A stretch of 64,000 nucleotides of DNA from an uncultured delta proteobacterium (GTDB lineage: Bacteria > Desulfobacterota > Syntrophorhabdia > Syntrophorhabdales > WCHB1-27). Shown one piece after another: positions 32,568-43,624 of this stretch (position 1 is its first letter; each line of letters begins with the position of its first letter). The stretch is from positions 160,001-224,000 of the forward strand of contig CAWEPK010000012.1 of NCBI GenBank assembly GCA_963810935.1, written 5' to 3'. The translations under genes and the position numbers were made by a program. The notes under the pieces were generated by a model, which saw only the letters and a list, made by a program, of their open reading frames with translations, did not search any database and had not been told where the DNA came from.

Positions 32568-33644
32568 ATGCCTAAGCGTAAAACCGGCCAGACGCACCGA
32601 ATAGCGGTGATACCGGGGGACGGCATCGGCAAGGAGGTCGTCCCGGAAGGCATCAGGGTCCTGGAGGCTGCCGGCCGCAGGTTCGGCTTCAACTGGACCT
32701 GGGAGACACTGCCCTGGAGCTGCGAATACTATACAGCCACGGGCCGGATGATGCCCGAGGACGGCCTCGACATTTTGAAGGGCTTCGAGGCAATCTTTCT
32801 GGGAGCTGTAGGCGCGCCGGGCGTAGAAGACCACGTGTCGCTCTGGGGCCTGCTCATCCCTATAAGGCGCACTTTTCAGCAGTACGTAAATCTCAGGCCG
32901 GTAAAGAACATGAAGGGCGTGGTCAGCCCCCTGCGGGGGGTCAAGCCCGGCGATATAGACTTTTTCGTCGTCAGGGAGAACAACGAGGGCGAGTACTCGA
33001 ACGTGGGCGGCATGATGTACGCCGGGACGGAAATGGAGTTCGTGACGCAGGAAACCATCTTCTCCCGCGTAGGCATGGAGAGGATCATGCGGTTCTCCTT
33101 CGAGCTTGCCCGCAAAAGGAAAAAGAAGCAGGTCACATCGGCCACCAAGTCGAACGGCATCATCTTCACGATGCCTTACTGGGACGAAACGTTCGCGCGC
33201 ATATCACGCGAGTACCCGGACGTGTCGGCCGAGCAGTTCCATATCGACGCCCTGGCCGCCCTCTTCGTCCAGCACCCGGAGCGGTTCGACGTAGTGGTGG
33301 CAAGCAACCTCTTCGGGGATATACTTTCGGACCTGGGCCCCGCAGTCGCAGGGGGCCTCGGCATCGCCCCTTCGGCCGCCCTGAACCCCGAAAGGAACTA
33401 CCCGTCCACGTTCGAGCCTGTCCACGGGTCCGCCCCGGACATAGCGGGCAAGGGGATAGCAAACCCCATCGGCCAGATACTCTCAGGCGCCATGATGCTC
33501 GACCACCTGGGCCACCCGGAGGCTGCGGCCGCAGTCGAGAAGGCCGTTGAGGCTACGGCGGGCGACAAGGGCATCAAGACGCGGGACCTGGGCGGCACTG
33601 CGTCGACGCAAGATGTGGGTAAAGCGGTTGCTGATTATCGATGA
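32568..33644 (+). CDS. Tartrate dehydrogenase / D-malate dehydrogenase (decarboxylating)
   Basis: IPGDGIGKEV, DHVSLWGLL, RENNEGEYS, ATKSNG, SNLFGDILSD and EPVHGSAPDIAG motifs. Confidence 0.92.
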   Translation: MPKRKTGQTHRIAVIPGDGIGKEVVPEGIRVLEAAGRRFGFNWTWETLPWSCEYYTATGRMMPEDGLDILKGFEAIFLGAVGAPGVEDHVSLWGLLIPIRRTFQQYVNLRPVKNMKGVVSPLRGVKPGDIDFFVVRENNEGEYSNVGGMMYAGTEMEFVTQETIFSRVGMERIMRFSFELARKRKKKQVTSATKSNGIIFTMPYWDETFARISREYPDVSAEQFHIDALAALFVQHPERFDVVVASNLFGDILSDLGPAVAGGLGIAPSAALNPERNYPSTFEPVHGSAPDIAGKGIANPIGQILSGAMMLDHLGHPEAAAAVEKAVEATAGDKGIKTRDLGGTASTQDVGKAVADYR

Positions 33645-33865
33645 CGACTAATTCAAAGGCGCACGAACGGTCTACCTGCCAGGGGCCAGTTGATTCTGAG
33701 ATTCTAAGTGAGAAAGCAGACAAATAGCGACCAAGCCGCTTAGTCGTAATTGTCCGTTCCGGCGGACAATTACGGTCACGCGGCTAACTCAAACAATAAA
33801 GGGTTTATTGCGTTTTTTCCGGCGATAGCCGGCAGTAAAGATTTGCTGATTCCGACCATCCTATC

Positions 33866-34042
33866 ACAGCAATTGTCCGTTCCGGCGGACAATTGATGTC
33901 GTGGACGGAGGAGCCGCATGGAGGATGCTTCATATGCGGATGCAATGTGAGCCGCGTCGGCCGCAGGCGTACATGCCGTACGCCGGAGGGCCCGCGGCGA
34001 GCAGGGCGCCGCAGAGGGAGTATCCTCCATGCGGCGAGTCCA
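33866..34042. repeat. Repeat family A, long copy; an extra partial hairpin copy lies at 33746-33775
   Basis: CAATTGTCCG-ttccgg-CGGACAATTG followed by GGAGGAGCCGCATGGAGGATGCTTCATATGCGGATGCAATG...CATGCGGCGAGTCCA, shared with 26163-26298. Confidence 0.88.
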
Positions 34043-34099
34043 AGTCACCCACACACGCCGTTTTGTATTTTTCACACCGCACGTGCGGTAGACACAACC

Positions 34100-34834
34100 C
34101 TAGTACTTGACTTCCCGCAGAAATAACCCATGCGGCGGCGCAGTCGGCCCTGCTTCTTCGCGCATCCCCGACTCCATCGCCGCCTTCAGGCCCTCCGGCT
34201 CCATCCTTCCCTGCCCCACTTCCAGCAGCGTCCCCACGATATTCCTCACCATATACCGCAAAAACCCCGTCGCCTCGATCATGACGTAGACCATATCGCC
34301 CCGCGTCGCGATCCCCGCCCTCTTTACTTCCCGCACCGTGCTCTTATACGCCTCGTCCTTCTTTTTGAAGGCCGAAAAATCGTGTTCCCCGACAACTGCC
34401 CGGATGGCAACCTTCATCGAGCCCATGTCGAGGGAATGCGGTAAATGGAGCACATATCTGGACAGGAAAGGCGAGTTGTCCTGCCTGTTGAGGATGCAGT
34501 AGACGTAGGTCTTGCTCTTAGTGGAATACCTTGCGTGGAAGGTCTCGTCCGCGTCGGCCGCGTCGAGCACCCTGATATCGCGCGGGAGCAGGCTGTTCAG
34601 GCCGCGCCGCAGCGAGGTGCAGTCGATCCCCTTCTCCGTCCCGAAGTTGACCACCTGCCCCATGGCGTGGACGCCCGCGTCCGTCCTCGCGGCCGCGCTC
34701 ATCCGGACCTCGTGGTCGAGTATCCTGCCTGCGGCCGCACCGAAGGCCTCTTCCACGGTCAGCGCGTTCGGCTGGCGCTGCCACCCGTGGTAGCCCGTGC
34801 CGTCATAAGAAACGGTAAGGCGGAGGTTCCTCAC
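34100..34834 (-). CDS. truA: tRNA pseudouridine(38-40) synthase
   Basis: YDGTGYHGWQRQ, RTDAGVHA, GFLRYMVRNIVG and PTAPPHGL motifs. Confidence 0.96.
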   Translation of the reverse strand: MRNLRLTVSYDGTGYHGWQRQPNALTVEEAFGAAAGRILDHEVRMSAAARTDAGVHAMGQVVNFGTEKGIDCTSLRRGLNSLLPRDIRVLDAADADETFHARYSTKSKTYVYCILNRQDNSPFLSRYVLHLPHSLDMGSMKVAIRAVVGEHDFSAFKKKDEAYKSTVREVKRAGIATRGDMVYVMIEATGFLRYMVRNIVGTLLEVGQGRMEPEGLKAAMESGMREEAGPTAPPHGLFLREVKY

Positions 34835-34837
34835 GGC

Positions 34838-35191
34838 CTATATCGGGGGTTGCTGTCTTTTGTAAGGCTGCGGGGCTTCACTTTTGGGCTTCGGCTTGTC
34901 GTTCCTGCCCTGCCCGTTCAGAGGCTGGTCCTTTTTCTGCGGCAGTGCCTGGGCCTTCTTCTGGGCGTCCGCAGCATCCCCCGGGGCGGAAGCAGCCCCG
35001 GCAGCTTCGTTCTGACGGCCGGCGACGTCTTCCAGCTCCTTCTTCATCCCTATGATCTCGGCCTTCAGGTAGTTGTTCTCCTCGCGGAGGAGCTTAACTT
35101 CGTCCTTCAGCCTGTTGTTCTCTTTCTCACAGGTATTGCAGGAGACAAGAAGAAGCAGAAGGGGCAAACAAAGGATTACTAAACGCTTCAT
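34838..35191 (-). CDS. Hypothetical lipoprotein with a coiled coil
   Basis: Lipobox-like LLVSC; heptad-like ENNRLKDEVKLLREENNYLKAEI. Confidence 0.65.
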   Translation of the reverse strand: MKRLVILCLPLLLLLVSCNTCEKENNRLKDEVKLLREENNYLKAEIIGMKKELEDVAGRQNEAAGAASAPGDAADAQKKAQALPQKKDQPLNGQGRNDKPKPKSEAPQPYKRQQPPI

Positions 35192-35276
35192 GGCCACTAT
35201 TTTCCACCCTGCCGCTCCAATTGTCAACGCATTGTTCTTATGGTAGAGTATTGCTCACCGAAAGACAAGGAGAGTT

Positions 35277-37695
35277 ATGCCTACTGCTACTGTGATACCG
35301 ATAGAAAACGAGATGCGCAGGTCCTATCTGGACTATGCGATGAGCACGATCATAGGCAGGGCGCTGCCCGATGCCCGCGACGGCCTCAAGCCCGTACACC
35401 GCAGGATCCTCTTCGCCATGTACGAGCTGAACAATACGCACGACAAGCCGTACAAGAAGTCTGCCAGGGTCGTCGGAGACGTTATAGGCAAGTACCATCC
35501 GCACGGCGACCAGGCGGTCTACGACGCCATCACCAGGATGGTGCAGGACTTCTCCATGAGGTACCCCCTCATCGACGGCCAGGGCAACTTCGGCTCCATA
35601 GACGGCGATGCCCCGGCTGCCATGCGTTACACGGAGGTGCGCCTCTCAAGGATCGCAGAGGAGATACTGGCCGACATAGAGAAGGACACCGTCGGTTTCA
35701 AGGTAAATTACGACGAGTCCCTGAAAGAGCCCATCGTAATGCCCTCGCGCATCCCCAACCTGCTGATAAACGGCTCGTCCGGCATCGCGGTCGGCATGGC
35801 CACCAATATCCCGCCCCACAACCTGACCGAGGTGGTGAACGCCACGATAGCCTTCATCGACAAACCGGATATCACCATCCCCGAATTGATGGAGCATATA
35901 CCCGGCCCCGATTTCCCCACGCAGGCATTAATTTACGGCAGGAAGGGCATCAAGGACGCTTACGAGACCGGGCGCGGCCACATACTCCTGCGGGCGACCA
36001 CGAACATCGAGAAGGGGAAGAAGGACGGCCGGGAATCGATCATCATCACGCAGCTTCCCTACCAGGTGAACAAGGCGCGCCTCATCGAGAACATCGTCGA
36101 GCTCGTCAACCAGAAGAAGATCGAGGGCATATCGAACATCCGCGACGAGTCGAACCGGGAAGGCATCCGGGTCGTCATCGAGTTAAAGCGGAATGAGATG
36201 GCCATGCCCATACTCAATAAGCTCTATAAGCAGACGCAGCTCCAGACGACATTCGGCATCATATTCCTGACCATCGTCAACAACCAGCCCAAGTACCTGA
36301 CCCTGAAGGAGATGATAAGCCACTTCGTCAACTTCAGGAAGGAAGTCGTAACCCGCCGCTCCACCTTCGAGTCTGAACAAGGCCCAGGACCGCCTGCACA
36401 TACTCGAAGGGCTGAAGATCGCCCTCGACAACATCGACCAGGTGGTCGCGATCATCAGGCGCGCGAAGAACACCGAAGAGGCGAGAAACGGTTTGATGAG
36501 CGCCTTTTCCCTCTCCGAGAGGCAGGCACAGAGCATCCTCGACATGCGCCTTGCCCGCCTCACGTCGCTCGAGCGCAACAAGATAACCGACGAGCTTGCA
36601 GCCGTCACCGAAGAGATAAAGCGGCTCTCGGCCATCCTGAAGGAAGAGCGCCTTCTCATGGAAGTCATAAAGAAGGAACTTACCGAAATCAGGGACAAGT
36701 ACGGCGACGGCAGGCTGACGGACATAGTGGACGAGCTGCCCGAGATTACGATCGAGGACATGATAAAGGAAGAAGAAGTCGTCGTCACGATCACTTACGG
36801 CGGCTATATAAAGAGGACCCCCCTCGACCTGTACAAGCAGCAGTTGCGCGGCGGCAAGGGCAAGATAGGCATCGCCGTGCGGGATGACGATTTCGTCAAC
36901 CAGCTCTACATCGCCTCGACCCACTCATATATTATCCTGTTTACGACCGCCGGCAGGGCGCATATCAGGAAGGTCCATACCATACCGGAAGCCCATCTTA
37001 CCGCGAAGGGAAAGCCGGTGATAAACCTCATCAAGGCGGAGAAGGACGAGAAGATCACGGCGGTAACGCACGTGAGGGATTTTCCGGAGGACAGGTACCT
37101 CTTCATCGCGACGAAAAAGGGCCGTGTGAAGAAGATCAGCATGGCCCTGCTCAAGAACGTGCGGCAGCCGGGCATAAAAGTGATCGACCTTCCCGACGAC
37201 GACCACCTGATGGACGTGCTTCCCGTCAACCCCGGCTCGGACCTCGTCCTCGGCACGAAGAAAGGCATGACCATCAGGTTCAGGGAAGAAGACGTGAGGC
37301 CGATGAGCAGGATAGCTTACGGGGTCATCGGCGTGCGCCTGCGCAAGGGCGACGAGCTTGTCTCCGTGGACGTGATGAACGACGCCTGCTCGCTCTTTAC
37401 GGTTACTGACAAAGGGTTTGGCAAGCGCGTAGACTGCAAAGAGTATAAGAACCAGGCCAGGGGCGGCATCGGCCTCATAAACGTGAAGTGCGAGCAGAAG
37501 AACGGCGAGGTGGTCGGCGCCAAGAGCGTGGGCCCCAGCGATGCCGTTATACTGGTGACGAATACGGGCAGGACCATAAGGTTCAACTCCGCCGAGATCC
37601 CCGTCCACTTCAGGGGCGGCCTCGGCGTGAAGCTCATGGGCCTGAAGGACGAGGAAGAAAGAATCAGCGGGTTCGGGATTATAAGCGAAGACTAG
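35277..37695 (+). CDS. gyrA: DNA gyrase subunit A (apparent frameshift near 36372)
   Basis: [16 protein letters not shown] and AAMRYTE motifs; GyrA-box-like QLRGGKG; C-terminal pinwheel repeats. Confidence 0.96.
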
Positions 37696-37713
37696 AGCGC
37701 AATGGAAAGCCCT

Positions 37714-37791
37714 AATGCCTCTTCCTTTTCATGAGGGGGAGGCTCCGGCGGCTGATGCAGCCGGAGGGGGCGACGCGAGCCCCGATAATTG
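37714..37791. repeat. Repeat family R, copy 1 (GGGGAGGCTCC-stem-GGAGGGGGCGACGC.AGCCCC..AATTG)
   Basis: Five related copies in the window; this one lies between two copies of the gyrA terminal 26 bp. Confidence 0.88.
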
Positions 37792-37824
37792 TGGTTCGGG
37801 ATTATAAGCGAGGACTAAGACAGA

Positions 37825-38817
37825 ATGAACCTGGCGGTAATCGGCGCAGGGGCATGGGGAACAGCCTTCTCGATGCAGCTTGCCTCCGCCGGCCACAAAG
37901 TCCTTCTCTGGGTCTATGAGCCGGACCTGCTTGAAATCATACGGACAACAAGAGAAAACACCTACTACCTGCCGGGCGTCCCACTGCCGGAAAATATCGA
38001 TTTCACGGGCGACCTCGAAGCTGCCGCCACATTCAGTGACGATATTGTTATAGCCACGCCTTCATTCGCCCTGCGGCCGGTGGTCGGCGCCATAGCAGGG
38101 GCGCTTTCGGCCAGGCGGCTCCTTGTGATAACCAAGGGGCTGGAACGCGCTACGCTCTTTACGATGAGTCGCATTGTGGCCGACGTCGAAGGTCAGGGCA
38201 CGCAAGTCGCGGTCCTGTCCGGCCCCTCGTTCGCACTCGAAGTAGCCAGGGGCTGTTTCACCTCCGTAGTCATAGCATCCGCAGACAAATCGCTCGCGCG
38301 CCGCTTCCAGGAGATAAGCCACACGGGCGCTTTTCGCGTCTACACGACCGACGACACGGCCGGCGTGGAGCTGGGCGGGGCGCTCAAGAACGTCATGGCC
38401 ATAGGGGCGGGCATCATCGAGGGCCTGGGCCTCGGAAGCAACACGCTTGCCGCGTACATGACGCGGGCGCTGGCGGAGATCAAGCGCCTCGGGGGCAGGA
38501 TGGGAGCGCGGGAGACGACGTTCATGGGGCTTTCGGGCATGGGGGACCTGATACTCACCTGCACCGGCCCCCTGAGCAGGAACAGGACATTCGGCATCGA
38601 GCTGGCGAAGGGAGGCGTCCCCGCCGCCCTGATCGCGTCACGCAAGGCCGTAGTCGAAGGATATTACACGATTGCGGCCGCACAGAGGCTTTCGCGCGAG
38701 GTAGGCGTGGAGATGCCCATCACGAGCGAGCTGCACCAGGTACTTTACGCAGGCAAGGACATAAGGACCGCCTTCGAGGACATAAGAAAGCGGGACACCA
38801 AGGATGAAGACGCCTGA
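37825..38817 (+). CDS. gpsA: NAD(P)H-dependent glycerol-3-phosphate dehydrogenase
   Basis: GAGAWGTA, TKGLE, SGPSFA, GGALKNV and GDLILTCT..SRN motifs. Confidence 0.96.
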   Translation: MNLAVIGAGAWGTAFSMQLASAGHKVLLWVYEPDLLEIIRTTRENTYYLPGVPLPENIDFTGDLEAAATFSDDIVIATPSFALRPVVGAIAGALSARRLLVITKGLERATLFTMSRIVADVEGQGTQVAVLSGPSFALEVARGCFTSVVIASADKSLARRFQEISHTGAFRVYTTDDTAGVELGGALKNVMAIGAGIIEGLGLGSNTLAAYMTRALAEIKRLGGRMGARETTFMGLSGMGDLILTCTGPLSRNRTFGIELAKGGVPAALIASRKAVVEGYYTIAAAQRLSREVGVEMPITSELHQVLYAGKDIRTAFEDIRKRDTKDEDA

Positions 38818-38835
38818 TCGGCGTCACCGGCCCGT

Positions 38836-39309
38836 CTATTCAAACGAAAAATCGAGGAACAGCTTCTCCGGCCCGTTGTCCGTCTCGAAGGTGAACGACA
38901 GGGAGATTACGGGCAGCTTCGTTATGAAGTTGATCTCCACGTTCTGGCCGATGATGACCGTCGGCAGGGCCGCCTTGAGATTGAAGCCCAGCTTTTCGAT
39001 CTCCAGCCTTGTCTGCCCGGATATGATGTTCGTAAGCTCGCCGATCGCGTCCACTACGTCGGGGGTCACCGACGCCGCCTCTTCGTCGACAAACCTCTTG
39101 TAGATGTAAGCCGCGCCTTTCTTGCTGAACGACAGGCTGAACGTGCCCTTCCTGTCCCCGGCAAAGCCGATCACGCCGGTCACGTCGCCCGAGCTGTAAT
39201 TGTCCTTCTTCAATACCGGCTTGCCCATCACGATATCGAGGGACAGCATCTTTTTGAAGACGTTCTGGACGGCTGCCAGGTACGCGTTTACAAATCCCGC
39301 TTCCATCAT
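38836..39309 (-). CDS. cheX: Chemotaxis phosphatase CheX
   Basis: GDVTGVIG and DAIGELTNIISG (ExxN) motifs; follows cheY. Confidence 0.88.
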   Translation of the reverse strand: MMEAGFVNAYLAAVQNVFKKMLSLDIVMGKPVLKKDNYSSGDVTGVIGFAGDRKGTFSLSFSKKGAAYIYKRFVDEEAASVTPDVVDAIGELTNIISGQTRLEIEKLGFNLKAALPTVIIGQNVEINFITKLPVISLSFTFETDNGPEKLFLDFSFE

Positions 39310-39695
39310 GCCGCCTGCCGGCTCTTGGCCTTCGCCACGGCCTTCTGGATGGCCTCCTGAAGCCTGTCGGGCGTAAACGGCTTGACAATATAGTTATCGA
39401 CGCCGTTCTTGATGGCCTCCATGACGCTGTCCTTCTGCGCCTCGGCCGTCACCATGATGAAGGGGATATTCTTGACCGCGTCGTCTTCCTTGCATATTTT
39501 TAGGAACTCTATGCCCGTCATCTCGGGCATGATCCAGTCGCTGACGATCAACTCGAAGCTCGAGTCTTTCTTCAGTATCTCGAACGCCTGACGGCCGTTC
39601 TCCGCCTCCGTCACATCCGTGATGTCGATCTGCCTCAGCACGTTCTTAATGATCTTCCTCATGGTAGCAAAATCATCGACTACCAGCGTCTTCAT
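39306..39695 (-). CDS. cheY: CheY-type response regulator
   Basis: VVDDFATMRKI, SDWIMP, MVTAEA and YIVKPFT motifs. Confidence 0.92.
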   Translation of the reverse strand: MKTLVVDDFATMRKIIKNVLRQIDITDVTEAENGRQAFEILKKDSSFELIVSDWIMPEMTGIEFLKICKEDDAVKNIPFIMVTAEAQKDSVMEAIKNGVDNYIVKPFTPDRLQEAIQKAVAKAKSRQAA

Positions 39696-40024
39696 AGCTC
39701 CTCCTGTAACAAGCTCGCTATTAGCGGGGATAGGCAAAACAACCGCCGCCATCGTCCTCCCCGCTCCCCTAACCCGGCTCTAAGTGATTAATCGGCAAAA
39801 AGGGAGTATTACTTAACACCTTTCACTAAAATCGGGTATTTTTACCCAGGCCCCAGTTTTAAGGGGGGAAGGGCGCTATGAACAGGCAGCGGTTTCTTAT
39901 AATTGTCAAATAAATTTGTTCGTGCTATCATCGTATTATCTTCATACTGCTGGGGCAGTCCACTAAGCTAATTAAACCCGTTTCTGTGAGAAGCAAAGTC
40001 TTTTGACAACGGAGAGACGCGCCT

Positions 40025-40414
40025 ATGGCGGAAACTTCATCCTCCGATAAAGAGCATATCCTGTTGGTAGACGACGAACCCGATGTCTTGGAGACTCAGG
40101 CACAGGTTCTCAGACGTATCGGATACTCTGTAGAGACGAGCGCAGATCCCATCGAGGCGATCAGTGTCTTCGAGGAAAACCCGAACCGATTCAAACTTGT
40201 AATAACGGACGAGATGATGCCGCATATGCGCGGTACAGGGATGGCAGCCCGGATGAAGGCTGTGCGCCCCGATCTCCCCTTCATTATAGTCACTGCCGGT
40301 CTTGACCTTGAAAGGACTCTAAAAGAAGCGGAAGCCATGCAAATCGATCACGTCCTTATGAAGCCGCTAAACATGCTATCCTTTGAGGCGGCTATCAAGA
40401 CGATCCTATCTTAA
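40025..40414 (+). CDS. Single-domain response regulator
   Basis: LVDDE, TDEMMP and MKP motifs. Confidence 0.88.
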   Translation: MAETSSSDKEHILLVDDEPDVLETQAQVLRRIGYSVETSADPIEAISVFEENPNRFKLVITDEMMPHMRGTGMAARMKAVRPDLPFIIVTAGLDLERTLKEAEAMQIDHVLMKPLNMLSFEAAIKTILS

Positions 40415-40432
40415 AGCAATCAGAATATCTTG

Positions 40433-42578
40433 TTATCCGTCAAAAGCCTTCTTCCGGCTGTCGAGTACCTGCCGCACCGTCTTTGCCAGTTTGCTCGCAG
40501 CCACAGGCTTCATGAGGAATTCGGCAATACCCGCTTGCTTTGCCTTCTTTGGCGACAAAGTGTCGCTATAGCCGGTAAAAAGGATTATGGGGAGATCGTT
40601 CCTGACCGCCACGATCTTCTCGGCGAGCTTCACGCCCGTCAGTTCGGGCATCACGTGGTCGGTGACGACCAGATCGAAGGCTCCGGGCTTGCTCTTAAAC
40701 TTCTTCAACCCTTCTCTTCCATTCTTGGCTGTAGTCACCTGATAGCCGAGACGTTCAAGTATCTTAGAAAGCATCTCGACGACGTCCGGCTCGTCGTCAA
40801 CGATTAGCACCCTCTCGTTGCCTCTAGGAAGGGAGCCTTCTTTGGCCCTTTCCTCTTTGGCTGCTCCCTCGTGCAACGGGAGAAACACCCTGAAGGTCGA
40901 GCCTTTGCCTATTTTCGTATCAACGGTAATGCCGCCGCCATGGCTCTTGACGATGCCGAATACGACCGCAAGCCCCATGCCCGTTCCCTTACTCTTGTCC
41001 TTCGTCGTAAAGAACGGCTCGAATATCCTGTCACGAATCTTCCTGGGTATGCCTGTGCCTGTGTCGCTCACGGTAAGGACGACGTACCGTCCGGACTGCA
41101 TGTCCTCATCAGGCTTCGGGTCGTTCTGCCCTATGGTGACATCGGATACGCCTATTGTAAGGACGCCGCCGTCTTCTCTCATTACGTGATCGGCATTGGT
41201 CGACAGGTTCATTATAACTTGCTGCAATTGAGAAGGGTCGGCTAGGACGGTATCAAAGTCGGTTACGGCATCGACCTTGATCTCGATGGTGCTGGGCAGC
41301 GTGCCTCGTAGCATCTTGGTGGTCTCTTTTACGAGAGGGATTAGACTGAACGGTCTTTTTGCCCCCTGTTGCTTCCTGCTGAAGGCCAGAATCTGCTTCA
41401 CAAGGTCGCTCGCCCGGCGAGATGCCTTAAGTATCTGATCAAGTTGATGCCCGATCCCGTTCATGCTGTTGCCTACCTCATCATGAGCAAGCTCGGCATT
41501 GCCCATGATGACGGCAAGCATGTTGTTGAAGTCATGGGCTATGCCTCCGGCGAGGGTGCCGACGGCTTCCATCTTCTGAGATTGCGCTAACCGTTCTTCT
41601 ATCTGCTGCCGTTGTTTGGTCTCTTCTATCAGTTTGTCGTAGGCATCCCGTAGCTCCACGGTGCGATCCTCAACCCGTTGTTCAAGCTCGTCACGGGAAC
41701 GACGGAGCTCTTCTTCTATCCGCTTTCGCTCCGTGACGTCTATCTGAACGCCGATCATGCGGACAGCCTTCCGCTGCTTGCCCTCTCCCTGAAAGTAGAC
41801 CTGTCCTTTACCCAGAGTCCAATGGACGGAGCCGTCGTCCCATATGATACGGTATTCACCCTCGTAACGGCCGTTCGCACCGGGCGTCAAAGATTCCCTG
41901 ACAGACTGCCTGAGCCGGGCGCGGTCGTCGGGATGAATACACTCTATGAGCCGGGCATAGTCAAGTTTCTCGTTTTCGCCTACGTCCCACATCCGCCGCA
42001 TGTTTGCGTCCCATGCTATCTCACCCGTGACAACATTGTAATCGAACGTGCCTATCTGAGCAGAATCGAGTGCAACGCGAGACCGCTTTTCCGTATCCCT
42101 AAGCACCTTCTCAAGTTCTCTTTGCCCGGTAATGTCTTTGAACAGGGCATGCAGGAACTTTCCGGTCGCAACAGTCTCCATTGATGAGGAGACGAGAAGG
42201 AAGAGCAGGGAGCCGTCGTCAAGGACAATCTTCATCTCCTCGTCCTTGACATACTCTCCTTTCAGGAGAGAGCGCATAAAGGGCCAGTCATCTGCGGCGT
42301 ATTCGGTTCCGTCGGTACGGAAGGCTTTGAATTGAGTGAACTGGGCAAAGCCGGCGAGGGGCGAGAACTTTGTTCGAAACATCTTGCTGGCAGTATTAGT
42401 AACACTGAGATACTTTGTATCGCTCCTAAAGAGCAGGCTACCTGTTCGCAGGGCCGGGAATCGTTCGGCGCTCTCAGAGGAACTTACAGGGGGGGGAGCC
42501 TTCTGGTGTCAAAGGGTTGTCCCTATTCTTTGCTGTGGAGGATTGCCTGTCAGAGGGATCGGTTCTTCTCTTTCTCAT
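40433..42578 (-). CDS. Cytoplasmic PAS-domain hybrid histidine kinase/response regulator (continuous ORF from 42382; probable start 42578 across a G8 run)
   Basis: PAS/PAC (IHPDDR), GIAHDFNNML, FEPFFTTK and REC motifs; removing one base from G8 (42489-42496) joins an upstream ATG frame. Confidence 0.85.
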
Positions 42579-43140
42579 GCCCTGTCCTGTTATATTAATC
42601 GTTGTGAGAAGAGACTGCGCAAGGAAGCCGTGGCGTCCGTATGGGCCGGCAAAACGGCTGGTCTTTTCACGAATAATTATACAGAGCCGTTTGAAATCCG
42701 TCAAGGATAGCAGATGTTTAGCATTTTCTGTACGTCGGTGGTCTATTCCCGTACAGGGGCTAAATGTTTCGAGGATGGAGCGGCAGATATCCTCTGGGCA
42801 CACCCGCTTCTCGGCATTATTTGTTTCACTACAGGCTCGCCCGGCTCTTTGATAGAGTTGCGGGATCGCTGACATGAGGCACCGACAAGATAGCACCCGG
42901 TAAGCAGGTTATAAGCACCTTGTTTTTGCTGATATTTCAGCAACACAAAAATAAGCATTTTAATATCGGTGCATCAAGGCCGGTGACCTTGCCTTCATAA
43001 CCCTGAGACATTACTATGTTTATACGTCTGTCCGGAGGGCCAATGGCCCGGATGCCGGATCATCCCATTAAATTATCCTCCGACCTGTTGTACGAACTGG
43101 CAGTCAGGGAGTGCCGTCGGAGGAAAGGGAGCAGGTGCCC

Positions 43141-43539
43141 ATGAAAGAAAAAGTATGTCTCGTCATCGTAGTCGATGACGAAAAAGAGGTGGAGGAGTGC
43201 CTACAAACAGTACTCGGAAGGCTGGGTTACGATGATGTCTCCTTCTACGATCCCTTGAAGGCTATTGAATACCTGCGTGACAGTGACGGGAGCATCGATC
43301 TTATCCTGAGCGATATAGCCATGCCCGGAATTGACGGAATCGAGCTAGCAAGAAGGGCGGGGGAGATAAAGCCGGATGTACCGGTTATCCTTTTGAGCGG
43401 CTATTCGGAAAGATTCCCTGAAGCAGCCGCCCTTCCAAATGTGAAAGGCGTCCTGCACAAGCCCGTTCTCAGGGCTGATCTTGCCGAAGCAGTCGAGAAT
43501 GTCATCAAGGGTTGCGGACACCGGAATAAGAGAATATAG
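43141..43539 (+). CDS. Single-domain response regulator
   Basis: VVDDE, SDIAMP and HKP motifs. Confidence 0.88.
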   Translation: MKEKVCLVIVVDDEKEVEECLQTVLGRLGYDDVSFYDPLKAIEYLRDSDGSIDLILSDIAMPGIDGIELARRAGEIKPDVPVILLSGYSERFPEAAALPNVKGVLHKPVLRADLAEAVENVIKGCGHRNKRI

Positions 43540-43624
43540 AAAATTAGCCGGCGCCATAGGCAACGACCGTGGCCTTCGAAGGTTCTCCCTTGAACTATCG
43601 CTATAGCAGGTCTACTATTTATTC

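Noticed and set aside
33835..33855. GTAAAGATTTGCTGATTCCGA resembling the tartrate dehydrogenase 3' end (GTAAAGCGGTTGCTGATTATCGA)
   Set aside because: The match is short and gapped, and it lies before rather than after the long repeat copy; it may be chance.
42600..43100. ORFs in the spacer between the kinase and the response regulator
   Set aside because: Overlapping short ORFs on both strands without motifs; probably a divergent promoter region.
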